From IMG/VR virus record IMGVR_UViG_3300046737_000089: a DNA stretch of 36,603 nt; one strand, 5' to 3'. Position numbers and translations under genes: made by a program. Positions 1-9,653 of the stretch are shown here, one piece after another; positions within the stretch are counted from its first letter, which is position 1, and each line of letters opens with the position of its first letter. Origin of the DNA: a virus. The notes below the pieces were generated by a model. It was not told the DNA's origin. It saw only the letters and a list, made by a program, of their open reading frames with translations, and made no database searches.

Positions 1-127
1 ATTCTTTCATATGTCGGTGAACTTAATGTTCTACATATCCTTGTGCGTTTAATTTTTTCGCCAGCATTTGTTAAAAAGTTATAACTCAATTCATATAATT
101 TAGAGTCGTTATATGTTGTTATAAAAT
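1..127. repeat. Terminal direct repeat, copy 1 (identical to 36477..36603); circular-assembly overlap
   Basis: Bases 1..127 (attctttcatatgtcggtgaac...gttgttataaaat) recur exactly at 36477..36603. Confidence 0.9.
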
Positions 128-1163
128 GTTTATTATCAAAGAACGCATGTGTATTCGATGTGTCTCTCGTTCCATTTGCCGCTTCTAATTCATGCCATAA
201 TTTTGTATTAGCATTAAAAACAAATGTATGTTCATCTGTCGTAAAATTAATTTGATAAAACACTTGTCCATTAATTTTATATGCAAACCCTATTGCATCT
301 TGTGGCGCTGTATATCGCTGAATTCTTTCATCCATTTCTCGTGTACTAATTGGCTGCGGACTAATTCCACCTTCAATCATCATGATGGAACCTACGCCAT
401 CAATATCACCTGATAAATAAAATAGTCGGTCAAATGCTTGCGCTATAGAGTCAATCGCTTTAACTCCATGCTCTAACAATAAATTGTTATCGCGTCTAAA
501 TCTAAAGTCTGAAAGCCCGGCATCTACCCAAATCTCACTTTTGTTTTGACCAAAAAAGAAAATCCTTCTTTTTAAAACAGAAATTCCATTTAAAATAGTT
601 GGTCGTGAATTAATTAAAGCGAAATCTAAAATGGGCCATACAGTTCCGTTATCGAGTCCGCTTACATAGAATGTATTCTGAAATCCTGTTGCTCCACTTA
701 TTAATAAAAAAGAGCTATCCATAAACGCTATATCTAATGGCGTAAATCCTCCTGGTAAATTTGGCGTATTATCGATTCCTGTCGCTGTATTTGTGTCCCA
801 TAAAAAACATTTAATCCCATCAACAAATAATATTTGAAATTCATTTGCAGAAATACCTACATGTCCTGTTATTGTTGTGAAAAAATTAGGGGCAATAACA
901 TTAAGTATCAATGTAGAATCCATTCTATAAATTGTGTCGCCTTCTACAAAATAGGTAAATCCTCTAAATACAAAAGATGCCCTTCCTTTATTTCCTTCTG
1001 AGAATGTGCCACGTTCTTCTTTTCCTGGTGTAGGGTGCAAATAATTCTGTTTCTTTCCATGCGGAGAAAATACCTCGTACATATTAATAGTACGCTCGGC
1101 ATTAACTTTAGTAATTACGTCTTCATGCAAGCTTCCAACAACTGGGAAGTCCATACGCTTCAT
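1..1163 (-). CDS. Tail hub / packaged-DNA stabilization protein, P22 gp10-like, N-terminal part (ORF runs off the window start and continues in frame at 36476..36137)
   Basis: ATG at 1163 overlaps the upstream stop (ATGA). My translation MKRMDFPVVGSLHEDVITKVNAERTINMYEVFSP... is open to base 1. Base 89 equals 36565 and 1163-89 is divisible by 3, so the frame joins ORF 36137..36565. N-terminal (xINMYxxxxP) and C-terminal layout resemble P22 gp10. Not in the ORF track because it is open-ended. Confidence 0.7.
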   Translation of the reverse strand, partial: MKRMDFPVVGSLHEDVITKVNAERTINMYEVFSPHGKKQNYLHPTPGKEERGTFSEGNKGRASFVFRGFTYFVEGDTIYRMDSTLILNVIAPNFFTTITGHVGISANEFQILFVDGIKCFLWDTNTATGIDNTPNLPGGFTPLDIAFMDSSFLLISGATGFQNTFYVSGLDNGTVWPILDFALINSRPTILNGISVLKRRIFFFGQNKSEIWVDAGLSDFRFRRDNNLLLEHGVKAIDSIAQAFDRLFYLSGDIDGVGSIMMIEGGISPQPISTREMDERIQRYTAPQDAIGFAYKINGQVFYQINFTTDEHTFVFNANTKLWHELEAANGTRDTSNTHAFFDNKHFITTYNDSKLYELSYNFLTNAGEKIKRTRICRTLSSPTYER

Positions 1164-1900
1164 GGATTAAGCACCCCTAAAACTCCATAAATAGAGTTGT
1201 AAACATACTGGTAAGGAGTCATTAATAATCCATCAGGATTAATAATCATATTTATTTCAGCCGATGTTTCAATGTTTGCCAGCATCTTTTTATATTCGTC
1301 TTCTGTAGTTGCAGACCATGATCCAGAAGGATAATAAGCAAGTAATTCGCGCGCCAATGCATATTTTAAAAACCTATAATATTTAGGTGGCACTTCTGTT
1401 ATCACTTGGAACAAAGATAATCTATCAAACATAAACTTCGCTCTAATCTGACAGCTATACGCTTGATCAGGTTTAGGATAAAAAGTTAAGTTAGTTTGTA
1501 AATCTAAGTTGTCCATAAAGACTGCGCCCGGTCTTGTTTGTCCTTGAGCAAAACGCACTTGATTTAGTATGACTGCTCTATCAACAATATTTACGGGATA
1601 ACTTATTTGTTGAATTGTTACAGTTACAAAATCAAGCTCTACAATTCTATTAAAATTAAAATCAGCAGGTACTATATTAGAAATTACATAAGTACCTTGA
1701 TTAGGAACCAAAGTTACATCAATAGTTTTTATAAAAGGAATAAGGACGCTTGCGCCAGAAAAAGAATCTAGAAGGTCATTTAAAACATAAAGCCCCGTAT
1801 TAACGTCACTTGCAGAGGGGACAACATCAGGCGATATCTCCCCCAACAAGTAAAAGGCATTATTAATAATGTCATTAACAGTTCTAGAATCTTGCGCCAT
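1160..1900 (-). CDS. Head-to-tail adaptor, P22 gp4-like (putative)
   Basis: 246 aa directly upstream of the gp10-like gene with ATGA overlap. N-terminus DIINNAFYLLGEISPDVVPSASDVNTGLYVLNDLLDSF resembles the gp4 N-terminal helix pattern, and the position fits. Confidence 0.5.
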   Translation of the reverse strand: MAQDSRTVNDIINNAFYLLGEISPDVVPSASDVNTGLYVLNDLLDSFSGASVLIPFIKTIDVTLVPNQGTYVISNIVPADFNFNRIVELDFVTVTIQQISYPVNIVDRAVILNQVRFAQGQTRPGAVFMDNLDLQTNLTFYPKPDQAYSCQIRAKFMFDRLSLFQVITEVPPKYYRFLKYALARELLAYYPSGSWSATTEDEYKKMLANIETSAEINMIINPDGLLMTPYQYVYNSIYGVLGVLNP

Positions 1901-2283
1901 TATTTAACTACCTTTGGTCGACCACGTTTCTTTACTTCGCTTCTTGGCGACCGAGTCCCATTCCCTTCTCTGGCATTTTCCTCTCGGGTGCTGTGCATCG
2001 AGAAGTCGGGGTTATGTTGTTCGTATCTGGGTTCTTCCCGCTCACTGGACGTTTCGGGTTGGTTGCTACAAATCCGCTGCCTTGGTTTTTCATAAGTTAA
2101 TACCTCTTCATTTGGCAAATAGTTAGTTTTATCAAACCATTTACCCGTTTTTAATAATATGATTGCGTCATTGTAGGAACACGTTTTAAATAGTCCGCCA
2201 CAATAAAGCTTATAAACACGCTTCAAGCGCGCAATGTCTGCGCGCTCGTTCGTGTCAAATAGATAGTGCGAGTGCAACATCAT
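1900..2283 (-). CDS. Hypothetical protein with Arg/Glu-rich basic C-terminus
   Basis: 127-aa ORF packed between the coat and adaptor genes with overlapping stops and starts. Confidence 0.5.
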   Translation of the reverse strand: MMLHSHYLFDTNERADIARLKRVYKLYCGGLFKTCSYNDAIILLKTGKWFDKTNYLPNEEVLTYEKPRQRICSNQPETSSEREEPRYEQHNPDFSMHSTREENAREGNGTRSPRSEVKKRGRPKVVK

Positions 2284-3506
2284 AATGAAAGCAACTTAAC
2301 GCCATATTGATCGTGCCATTTGAAACCAAATAACAAGTCAATACGAAGCATGTTAACGTCATTCAATAAGCTGCCTTGTCGTTCTACCCGCAAGGAAACA
2401 TTTAAGTCTTTGTCCGTGACCACCGAAGTATTTACATTGTCTAAAACTTCCATTGGAGGAATAACAATATCAAGACCGCGAGGATGATATGCAGGGTTAA
2501 CGTGATAACGAGAACCTGGCGTACCTATCAAAATCACAGGCATTGCAGCGACTACAGGCGTACTAACATTTCTGTAAGGGTCTGCTGGGTCAGAGATAAT
2601 CGGAGGGCTTACTATTACTTGTCCTAATCCACCCGCAGTAGAATCAACTTGGTTTTGAACGGTGAAATCCATCAATAAGCCAGTGTCGCTTCTATCAATT
2701 GGATTGACAGCATTTACACCAGTAAATTGAATGGTGTCGCCTGGTAAATAAACGCCAGTCACACTTGCGCCTAAACCGCTTAGATTCACAGTAGAGTCAC
2801 CACTTGCAGGAGTTGATGCTACAACAGCACCAGCAGCACCTACGCCAACCGTATGAAAAGCCACGGATTGGTTAGAGAACAAGTCGAACACTGAGTAGTG
2901 ACCCAGACGTGATGCAAACGTAATGTCTTCATTTAAGGTCGGGTTAAATGCATTTTGGTTAGCTGACTTCAATGCGCTTGCTTGGAAAGGAGCCAAAGCT
3001 AAATACCCATCATTCATGATTTGCATTGCTTGGGTTTCCATCTTCGCGTAAACCTGATCGACAACAGCAAATGAGTTGACAGGAGCAGAAGGATTTCCGG
3101 AAACATAATTTAACTGAGTAATTGCACCCTGCGCGATAATACTTTCAGCTTGTTTACAAAGCGCTTGAACAGCAGGACGAATATATCGTTCATTAAAGGG
3201 AGCTTGGTCAGTATTCATGAATAATGTTAATTCACGGGTACTGTATTCACGCGTCACATTTAATTGATAATCAATCGATAACGGTTCGGTTTTTTCAATA
3301 GAATCTTGAAGAACACCAACGCGCCCTTGATTAACAGTAACTTGAGTTTGTTTACGCAAACGGATAGTGTCGCCTACTTGATAATCGGCTTGTTTAAAGT
3401 CCGATTCATAAGTACGTGCACCAGTTAAAAGCAAAGAATTGTTAGTCGCTAATTCTGCAAGCGCAGCATTAGCGATAAGTTCTGTAACGGGAATTTGATT
3501 AGCCAT
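2280..3506 (-). CDS. Major capsid (coat) protein, P22-coat-like
   Basis: 408 aa following the scaffold gene. Overall layout and motifs (e.g. GDTIQFTGVNAVNP versus P22 GDKISFAGVKF) and the position fit. Confidence 0.8.
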   Translation of the reverse strand: MANQIPVTELIANAALAELATNNSLLLTGARTYESDFKQADYQVGDTIRLRKQTQVTVNQGRVGVLQDSIEKTEPLSIDYQLNVTREYSTRELTLFMNTDQAPFNERYIRPAVQALCKQAESIIAQGAITQLNYVSGNPSAPVNSFAVVDQVYAKMETQAMQIMNDGYLALAPFQASALKSANQNAFNPTLNEDITFASRLGHYSVFDLFSNQSVAFHTVGVGAAGAVVASTPASGDSTVNLSGLGASVTGVYLPGDTIQFTGVNAVNPIDRSDTGLLMDFTVQNQVDSTAGGLGQVIVSPPIISDPADPYRNVSTPVVAAMPVILIGTPGSRYHVNPAYHPRGLDIVIPPMEVLDNVNTSVVTDKDLNVSLRVERQGSLLNDVNMLRIDLLFGFKWHDQYGVKLLSL

Positions 3507-3566
3507 GACTCACCTTATGTTTAATAAATTAATTATTGAATTAAAGGTAAGTCGAAGGCTTAAATA

Positions 3567-4421
3567 TTAACGTCTACCACGTGGGGCTTCGCCGCTTAAT
3601 TGCGCTCTTCGCTCTGCCTTTAATTCAGCAAGAGTTTTTTGAGCGAAAGGTTTAGCAAATGAGCCAGATGACGACCCTACCGGTTTAACTGGTGGTGGCG
3701 TCTTAGTAATATTGTTTTTTGAAACCATATCTGCCATATGCCGAACAAGCTCTCGCTTCATTTCGTAAGCAGGTAGTTTTTGTAATCGATCGACTTCACG
3801 TGGATTTGAAGCTAAGTAATAGCCTAGTTCGCCAGGGTTGGGAAAATCTGACAATTCGCTTGCGATAGTGCCATTCATCCCAGATGCTCTAATCACTTTT
3901 TCAAAATCAGAATACCTTTCTTTGGCATCTTCAAATGAATCTTGAAAGTGTTCAAAGCGTTTTGCTTCTACTTCTTTCTGAGAGCGCTCTTGCTGTTGCT
4001 TCTCTTGAGCGTTCAAGTGTTGTGACATTTCTTGTTGATAGTTGAAAATTGCTTGACCTTCTGGCGTGCTCGTGTCGATATAACGTCCCGTAATAGGGTC
4101 GTTGTAACCGGTGGGCGATTGCGCACCATAAGGAGTTTGCGGCTGAGGCGCATTATTTCTTGCGCGTTCTTGGTCTAGCTCTGCCCGAACTTTTGCAATT
4201 TCTCGTTCATATTTCTTTTGCTCTTTGCCTAATCTGCGTTTTGCAAACTCAGGCAACTCACCTTCTGCATTCTCAGTAGGCGCAGCTTCCGTAGAAGTAG
4301 ACGCTTTCTCTTCGACTGGCTCAGGTGTCGACAGGGTCTCTGTCGGTGCTTCAAAAGAATTCTTACTATTACTCTCAACAACTGGCTGACTAACTGTCTC
4401 CACATTAAGTGTTCCTGACAT
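3567..4421 (-). CDS. Scaffolding protein
   Basis: 284 aa, highly charged and Glu/Gln/Lys-rich with helical character, lying between the portal and coat genes. Confidence 0.6.
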   Translation of the reverse strand: MSGTLNVETVSQPVVESNSKNSFEAPTETLSTPEPVEEKASTSTEAAPTENAEGELPEFAKRRLGKEQKKYEREIAKVRAELDQERARNNAPQPQTPYGAQSPTGYNDPITGRYIDTSTPEGQAIFNYQQEMSQHLNAQEKQQQERSQKEVEAKRFEHFQDSFEDAKERYSDFEKVIRASGMNGTIASELSDFPNPGELGYYLASNPREVDRLQKLPAYEMKRELVRHMADMVSKNNITKTPPPVKPVGSSSGSFAKPFAQKTLAELKAERRAQLSGEAPRGRR

Positions 4422-4617
4422 ACTATTTCTACCTCAAGTTTACGGTTTACTTTCAAACCCTATGCGTTTGGCAGCATATTAGCCCTATACATTTGTAAAG
4501 CTGCATATTCACTTATTACCGATTATATTATAATAAATTTAAATAATGCGCAATAGTATATTTATACTAAAAGATAATTTATTTTTAAATTATTGTTATT
4601 TCGGGTTATGGTGTAAA

Positions 4618-4649
4618 ATAGGTTGGTTCAATAGTGAGATAGGTTGGTT
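4618..4649 (+). promoter_or_regulatory. Two 11-bp direct repeats ATAGGTTGGTT (4618..4628, 4639..4649), 21 bp apart, just upstream of the alpA-like start
   Basis: Read directly from the sequence; the spacing is two helical turns and they end 5 bp before the ATG at 4654. Confidence 0.5.
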
Positions 4650-4653
4650 AAAT

Positions 4654-4890
4654 ATGAACTTTGAAGACAATAAATGGTTAAGAATAGATGAAGTAGTTCG
4701 GTTTACTCGATTAAGTATAACAACGATATATCGGCGAGGAGATAACGGCACTTTCCCCCAAAGAGTTAAAGTTAATAAAATTAATCGATGGGTAGCATCT
4801 GAAGTATACGAGTGGATAAAAAGAAAGCCCGTACATTCAAGTCATGATGAATGGATTATGCCACAGCTTCTTGTTCATCTGGCTCTTTAG
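4654..4890 (+). CDS. alpA: AlpA/Xis-family helix-turn-helix protein (start moved to MNFEDNKW...)
   Basis: LRIDEVVRFTRLSITTIYRRGDNGTFPQRVKVNKINRWVASEVYEWI matches the Phage_AlpA pattern. The upstream part of tracked ORF 4546.. is AT-rich leader. Confidence 0.7.
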   Translation: MNFEDNKWLRIDEVVRFTRLSITTIYRRGDNGTFPQRVKVNKINRWVASEVYEWIKRKPVHSSHDEWIMPQLLVHLAL

Positions 4891-7171
4891 GGCGTAGCGG
4901 TTGCTGAGTAAGGTTATGGATATGCTTTATGGTTTCGAAATGCTTGTCTGAAACATCGGCATGAGCAGCTGCAATCTTAGCTGCGCTCTCAACCATAGCC
5001 GCCTTATAATCGAGTCCGCCACGTTGTAAGTCAGCATAAGCGCGTATTTTAGATGATTGCGCTTCAATCATGGCTTGACTCATTTTAACCTGATTTAGTT
5101 CACGTTTAGCTTTGACATCGTCCTGCGCACCCTGCAATTTTGCCATCTGTATTTGCTGTTCTGGATTTGGTGGTGGCGGCGGTGCTGGTGGTGGTGGCGG
5201 TTTACCTTCCGATTTAGCCAATACATCTGGCGGAACTAACGTTTTTAAACGATTCACTAATTCAATGTTATCTTCAATATCAATATTTTTAGCGATGATA
5301 TCTGCGATTAATGGAAGCATTTGCGGAGAAGTTTGCGCTAGCTGTATCAAAACTTGTAATGCTTCTTCTTTTTGTGCAGCATAATTTGCGCCTGCAGTAA
5401 TCTTAATATCAAACTCACCTTTACTTAGGTCGTTTGACATTCCATTAGCAATCTTCTTATTAACAGTAATCTGTTTGGATTTTCCATCAACGCCTTGCGC
5501 AGATAAAACGCGCTCGGTGTCATAAACTTGCGGTAGCATTGATAATATAACTCGTCCTATTTGTTCTTGCGCTATTTTCAGGTTATCAAAGAAAACAAGG
5601 TTTGAAGAATTGCCAATTTTTTGTTGTTCACGAATTGCCTTTCCAGATAATTGACCAAAGGCGCGTCCATCATTCATTTCTTGGGGATAGCCAATAATGC
5701 TGCGCAAGTCTTTATCGGCTTGCTGCATGTTCATTAATAATGTTTGCGGCAATTCAGGAACAGGTAATCGAATCGGTTCTTTTTGTGTTCTGTCATCGGG
5801 TTTATAGAGTAATACGCCCGCTTGGTTTGCCGGGTTTTTCCATAAAAGTTCATAGCCTTGAATATTACTTGGAGTAGCTAAGAACTGTTCGCGCCGATTG
5901 TTCTTTGCTGCTTGAGCAGTATCACTCGCCAAGAAATTTAAAAATCTTTGAGGGTCTTTAGCATAAGTAACCAACGATGTAATCGTGGTCTTTCCCTCGA
6001 TAACTATTTCATCACCCATGACAGCAGCAAATGGAAAATGCTTGCTGGGCCATTCGTAGGTCTCAATAATATGCCCGGCAATCGCTTTATAACAAATGAT
6101 TTTATAATCACGCGAACGACGTTTGCTTACTATTGTAGGCATTACATCTACGCCAGCCATCATCGGAGGCGCAGCAGGAGTTTGTGGTGGCATTTCCGGA
6201 ATTCCGGAAGGCGGCATCATTCCTGGTTGTTGTGGCGGCATACCAGGGTTTTGAGGTTGCATAGGTTGTTCGGGAGGCGGTGGTGGCGCATTAGCAATCA
6301 TCGATTGCATTTCTTCTTCTTGATATATTTGACGTCCACTCGCAATTCCTTGCGCTGCTTCTGCTTCGGCTTCTTCTGGTTGCTCTAACGCTTTTTTACG
6401 TTTGTTATAATCTTTCTTACTAATTTCTTCGCCATTACTGAGCTGATATAAAGTAAAGTTATACCATTGCTTTTCATAATATTCACAAATAGTAATGCCT
6501 TTAATATCGCCCCAATTAAAATATTCAGTGTTATAGCTTGCAGGAAAAGACTGCGGATAAGGGATGTCTGGGTATTTTTCTTCAAAGTCATCACGATTCA
6601 TTGTGTCGTAACGAAACATGAAATTGCCGTCTGTCTTCGTCATAGATGTAGCGTTTGGATCCCAACCTACCCTATCAGAATATTTCTCAGCTTCGATAAA
6701 AATATCTTGCTTAAATGATTTAGGCGAAATGTAATCAGTGCGTACGCGAATAAATCCCATACCACCACTTACAGCATTAGCAAATGCTGTTTGATAAGCA
6801 ATGTCAGCTTTCGATCGATATTCAATCCCACGGATAATATCGGCACGTAATGTAATATCTTCTTGTGAGCCAATACCATTTAAAGAACTAACTTCTAAAT
6901 TACAGGTGTTATAACGTTGCTCGCCAATAAGCTTACGATAATAATCATAGAGTTTATTGTAAGTGAAGATTGGTTTATTTAAGGCTTGGAAAGCTTGGCG
7001 TTCGAAAAGAGTCCATTGATCGTAAAATAAAAAACGACGGTCTACGCGGCTACGATTAATATTATGTTGATTAAACCTAAAATAACGATTAACGTTTTTA
7101 TAAATGCGATCGAGAATAGCGTTATCGCCCGTATCACTACCAAAAGCACCGATGTTGTAGGAATCTGCCAT
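4856..7171 (-). CDS. Portal protein (large, with a P22-like long C-terminal helical region and Pro/Gln-rich insertions)
   Basis: 771 aa immediately downstream of the large terminase; size and position fit, with a helical C-terminal tail. Confidence 0.85.
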   Translation of the reverse strand: MADSYNIGAFGSDTGDNAILDRIYKNVNRYFRFNQHNINRSRVDRRFLFYDQWTLFERQAFQALNKPIFTYNKLYDYYRKLIGEQRYNTCNLEVSSLNGIGSQEDITLRADIIRGIEYRSKADIAYQTAFANAVSGGMGFIRVRTDYISPKSFKQDIFIEAEKYSDRVGWDPNATSMTKTDGNFMFRYDTMNRDDFEEKYPDIPYPQSFPASYNTEYFNWGDIKGITICEYYEKQWYNFTLYQLSNGEEISKKDYNKRKKALEQPEEAEAEAAQGIASGRQIYQEEEMQSMIANAPPPPPEQPMQPQNPGMPPQQPGMMPPSGIPEMPPQTPAAPPMMAGVDVMPTIVSKRRSRDYKIICYKAIAGHIIETYEWPSKHFPFAAVMGDEIVIEGKTTITSLVTYAKDPQRFLNFLASDTAQAAKNNRREQFLATPSNIQGYELLWKNPANQAGVLLYKPDDRTQKEPIRLPVPELPQTLLMNMQQADKDLRSIIGYPQEMNDGRAFGQLSGKAIREQQKIGNSSNLVFFDNLKIAQEQIGRVILSMLPQVYDTERVLSAQGVDGKSKQITVNKKIANGMSNDLSKGEFDIKITAGANYAAQKEEALQVLIQLAQTSPQMLPLIADIIAKNIDIEDNIELVNRLKTLVPPDVLAKSEGKPPPPPAPPPPPNPEQQIQMAKLQGAQDDVKAKRELNQVKMSQAMIEAQSSKIRAYADLQRGGLDYKAAMVESAAKIAAAHADVSDKHFETIKHIHNLTQQPLRPKEPDEQEAVA

Positions 7172-7174
7172 TCT

Positions 7175-8731
7175 CTAAATTCTAATATTAGGGTTGTATA
7201 TATTACCTATATTAGCATTGTTTCTTAAAGCAGGGAAGGCAAAAGTTAAAGCAAGCGCGTCGCCCTCGTCCGGACTCCGGACACCTCGAGCACGCATTCT
7301 ATCTTTACTTTCTAATGTGACGCGCCCGAGTGAATCTGCATCATAAAATGGAGCGCATAAATCAGAATGTAACGAATCGCTATCAGGAATTGATACAGGG
7401 ACTTCTTTTAACCAATCACCCATTAATGACCATATCTCAGCACGTTTGTTTGCGTATCTATCCTCCTGTAAAGCTACACCTCCAAAGTTAACTGCCTTAA
7501 CTATCTGACCATGACCAAGTTCACGCAAGCGGTCAATAATACCTACGCCAAGACCTGTTACATCAATACAAATAAAATCTGGCTGTTCTGTTTTAATTAA
7601 ATTAATTAATATGCCGACTGTTTGCATCGTATCTTTATTTTGATAGCTTTGGAGACCATAGGCAACGCGCCCTTGGCGAATAATAATAGATGTTCTGTCA
7701 CGATGTGAACCCATATTTTCTGGGTCACCACCTGCTGGATCCACACCTATAAATTTAACCCCAGAAGCACCAACAGTACATTTCCTGGCTTTTTCAACAG
7801 ACAAGCTGGAAATAATGCAATTGCCACCCGTAACAATAAATGCTTCTTCTGCTGTTGAAGGATATTCTTGCTTAAAACCAAGCTCTTTAAGTTGACTACT
7901 GTTAGTCGTAATGCGGCGCCAATGCATCTGCTCGTTATCTAGATTATAAAGCTTCTTATATTCGTGCTCTTCATCAGTTAATGCAAAGTATCCTGGGTCA
8001 CCTACTTTAAGCCCTACAGGTAATGGCTCTCTATATTCATCGCTCCAATACCAAGGAATAAATACGGGTAGAAATTCATTTTCACCACGATTAGCTTCAT
8101 CCCATAAATTATAAAAGATGTTACCTTTACCTTGTGCAGTACTTTCAAGGATGACTTCTGTATTTGCTATCCTAGGGATTGCTTGCATAATGCCATCTAA
8201 ATGTTGTATGCCGTTCTCCCATAAACCTACTTCTGAACCATGAAACAACTGGATTGTATTCGAGCGCCCAATGCCTTTACTGCCTGCTGTGCCTACTTTA
8301 TAACCTGATTCTGGAGAAAGGAAATTAAGTTCTTTAGAACTGTTCGCGCCTTCAATCGGACGAACAAACAAAGGACAGTAAGTATGGTAACGCTTTACCA
8401 TCTCAAATAGATTATCTGTTGCTCTTTGCTCATGAGTAAGAATAAATGCACGATAACCTGTTCTATGTGAAACAATATGATAAAATCGACCGCCAACATA
8501 AGTAGAAATGCCTTGCTGCCTGCCTTTCAAAATAATAACGCGAACACGTCCTGTTTTTTTTCTTTGCTCTTCTATTTTGGAATGTAAATAAAGTTGTGGT
8601 TTATTAAGTGCGAACGGAAGGATTTCGCCAGGTTTCGTCCGAATCATCAAGCATTTGTAGGCATAATGCGGGAAGTTATTTTTTAGTTTTAGTCTTAATT
8701 GAATTTCTCTTTCTGTCATTACTACTGACAT
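7175..8731 (-). CDS. terL: Terminase large subunit
   Basis: 518 aa with a Walker-A-like ILKGRQQGIST and a C-terminal nuclease-type region (FIGVDPAGG...DVTGLGVG...DEGDALAL), upstream of the portal. Confidence 0.9.
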   Translation of the reverse strand: MSVVMTEREIQLRLKLKNNFPHYAYKCLMIRTKPGEILPFALNKPQLYLHSKIEEQRKKTGRVRVIILKGRQQGISTYVGGRFYHIVSHRTGYRAFILTHEQRATDNLFEMVKRYHTYCPLFVRPIEGANSSKELNFLSPESGYKVGTAGSKGIGRSNTIQLFHGSEVGLWENGIQHLDGIMQAIPRIANTEVILESTAQGKGNIFYNLWDEANRGENEFLPVFIPWYWSDEYREPLPVGLKVGDPGYFALTDEEHEYKKLYNLDNEQMHWRRITTNSSQLKELGFKQEYPSTAEEAFIVTGGNCIISSLSVEKARKCTVGASGVKFIGVDPAGGDPENMGSHRDRTSIIIRQGRVAYGLQSYQNKDTMQTVGILINLIKTEQPDFICIDVTGLGVGIIDRLRELGHGQIVKAVNFGGVALQEDRYANKRAEIWSLMGDWLKEVPVSIPDSDSLHSDLCAPFYDADSLGRVTLESKDRMRARGVRSPDEGDALALTFAFPALRNNANIGNIYNPNIRI

Positions 8732-8749
8732 AATCGACCTTTAACATGT

Positions 8750-9106
8750 TCATTCATTATCTACTGCTTTCTTCGATAAAATATATTCAATCTTCTTAAC
8801 GCCAAACGGGAAACTTAAAATATACATACCGTCTCTTTCTGTTACTTCTGCACTTAAAAATGCTTCACGTAAATGCTGATTAACATTCAGTGATGCTAAC
8901 AACATATCTAAGTTATGCGCGTGTCCTGAAGCGTTTTCTCTATGTAAATATTCCATAATCTTCGCATGGTCTTTAACGCAATTTTTCATTTCACAATCTC
9001 TATTAATTATGTTTGATTTAAATTCTTCTGGAAGCTTTACATCAGAAGCAATTACTTCCGTCTTTGCAGCCCGTAATATTCTTTTAGCCCATCTATCGTT
9101 TAACAT
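8750..9106 (-). CDS. Hypothetical protein (immediately upstream of terL)
   Basis: 118-aa ORF in the track, co-directional and tightly packed. Confidence 0.55.
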   Translation of the reverse strand: MLNDRWAKRILRAAKTEVIASDVKLPEEFKSNIINRDCEMKNCVKDHAKIMEYLHRENASGHAHNLDMLLASLNVNQHLREAFLSAEVTERDGMYILSFPFGVKKIEYILSKKAVDNE

Positions 9107-9438
9107 TATAAATTACCATCTTTTCTTAATTGTTTTCTAATTTGGAAAAGCGCTATCCCGACTTTTTCTTCTATGTGTTCAATTGCCTCTTTATCAGAAA
9201 GATTATTAATAAACTTACCTATTTCATACCTTACATTTGCTTCACCAGTACCTTCAGGATGAGCCGCGCATCTACCATAAACAGCTTTAATCTCTAGACC
9301 TTCATCTAGAATAGAATGGTCTAATCGTGAATTAATCTCAAAAGTATTCGCGCTATATTTCGGGAAAGGAGGCGAATCTTTTAAAAAGAGATTAAACTTA
9401 TAATTTAAATCCCGAACAACATCTTCTAATTTAATCAT
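9106..9438 (-). CDS. Hypothetical protein
   Basis: 110-aa ORF whose start/stop abuts its neighbours. Confidence 0.55.
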   Translation of the reverse strand: MIKLEDVVRDLNYKFNLFLKDSPPFPKYSANTFEINSRLDHSILDEGLEIKAVYGRCAAHPEGTGEANVRYEIGKFINNLSDKEAIEHIEEKVGIALFQIRKQLRKDGNL

Positions 9439-9653
9439 AATAAATTCCCCTGAAATATCATTCCTTTGATTTGTTTCTCAGCCAAAGGATGCAATGCATT
9501 AATAGCCGAAGCAAAAGAATACGCTAAGTCAATAGCCATATGCAAATCTTCTTGAGAATTACGGCTTAATCTTGGGTCAACTTTAGCCACTGGCAACGGC
9601 ATAGTTTCTAAACTCGCTGGGTAACCGTCGGGATGAACATCAAAATCAGTCAT
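9435..9653 (-). CDS. Hypothetical protein
   Basis: 72-aa ORF with a 4-nt overlap with the next gene. Confidence 0.5.
   Translation of the reverse strand: MTDFDVHPDGYPASLETMPLPVAKVDPRLSRNSQEDLHMAIDLAYSFASAINALHPLAEKQIKGMIFQGNLL

Noticed and set aside
1-127. Biological direct terminal repeat (T7-like DTR)
   Set aside because: The overlap interrupts a gene that is only intact when the ends are joined, and 127 bp is a typical assembler k-mer overlap. A headful (P22-like) circularly permuted genome is more plausible, though read-level data could overturn this.
228-413. 61-aa plus-strand ORF near the window start
   Set aside because: It is antisense to the open gp10-like ORF (1..1163), and its Cys/Ile-rich sequence lacks features or a Shine-Dalgarno.
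1892-2126. Two plus-strand ORFs (1892..2095, 1914..2126)
   Set aside because: They are antisense shadows of 1900..2283 in the unidirectional structural operon.
4546-4653. N-terminal extension of the alpA-like ORF (track start 4546)
   Set aside because: The extension translates an AT-rich leader containing the direct repeats. AlpA-family proteins are about 60-80 aa and the conserved domain starts just after the ATG at 4654.
5112-6718. Plus- and minus-strand ORFs inside the portal gene (5112..5384, 5948..6388, 6385..6594, 6467..6718)
   Set aside because: These are shadow ORFs of the 771-aa portal ORF. The Gly/Arg-rich ones are simply the antisense reading of the Pro-rich tracts.
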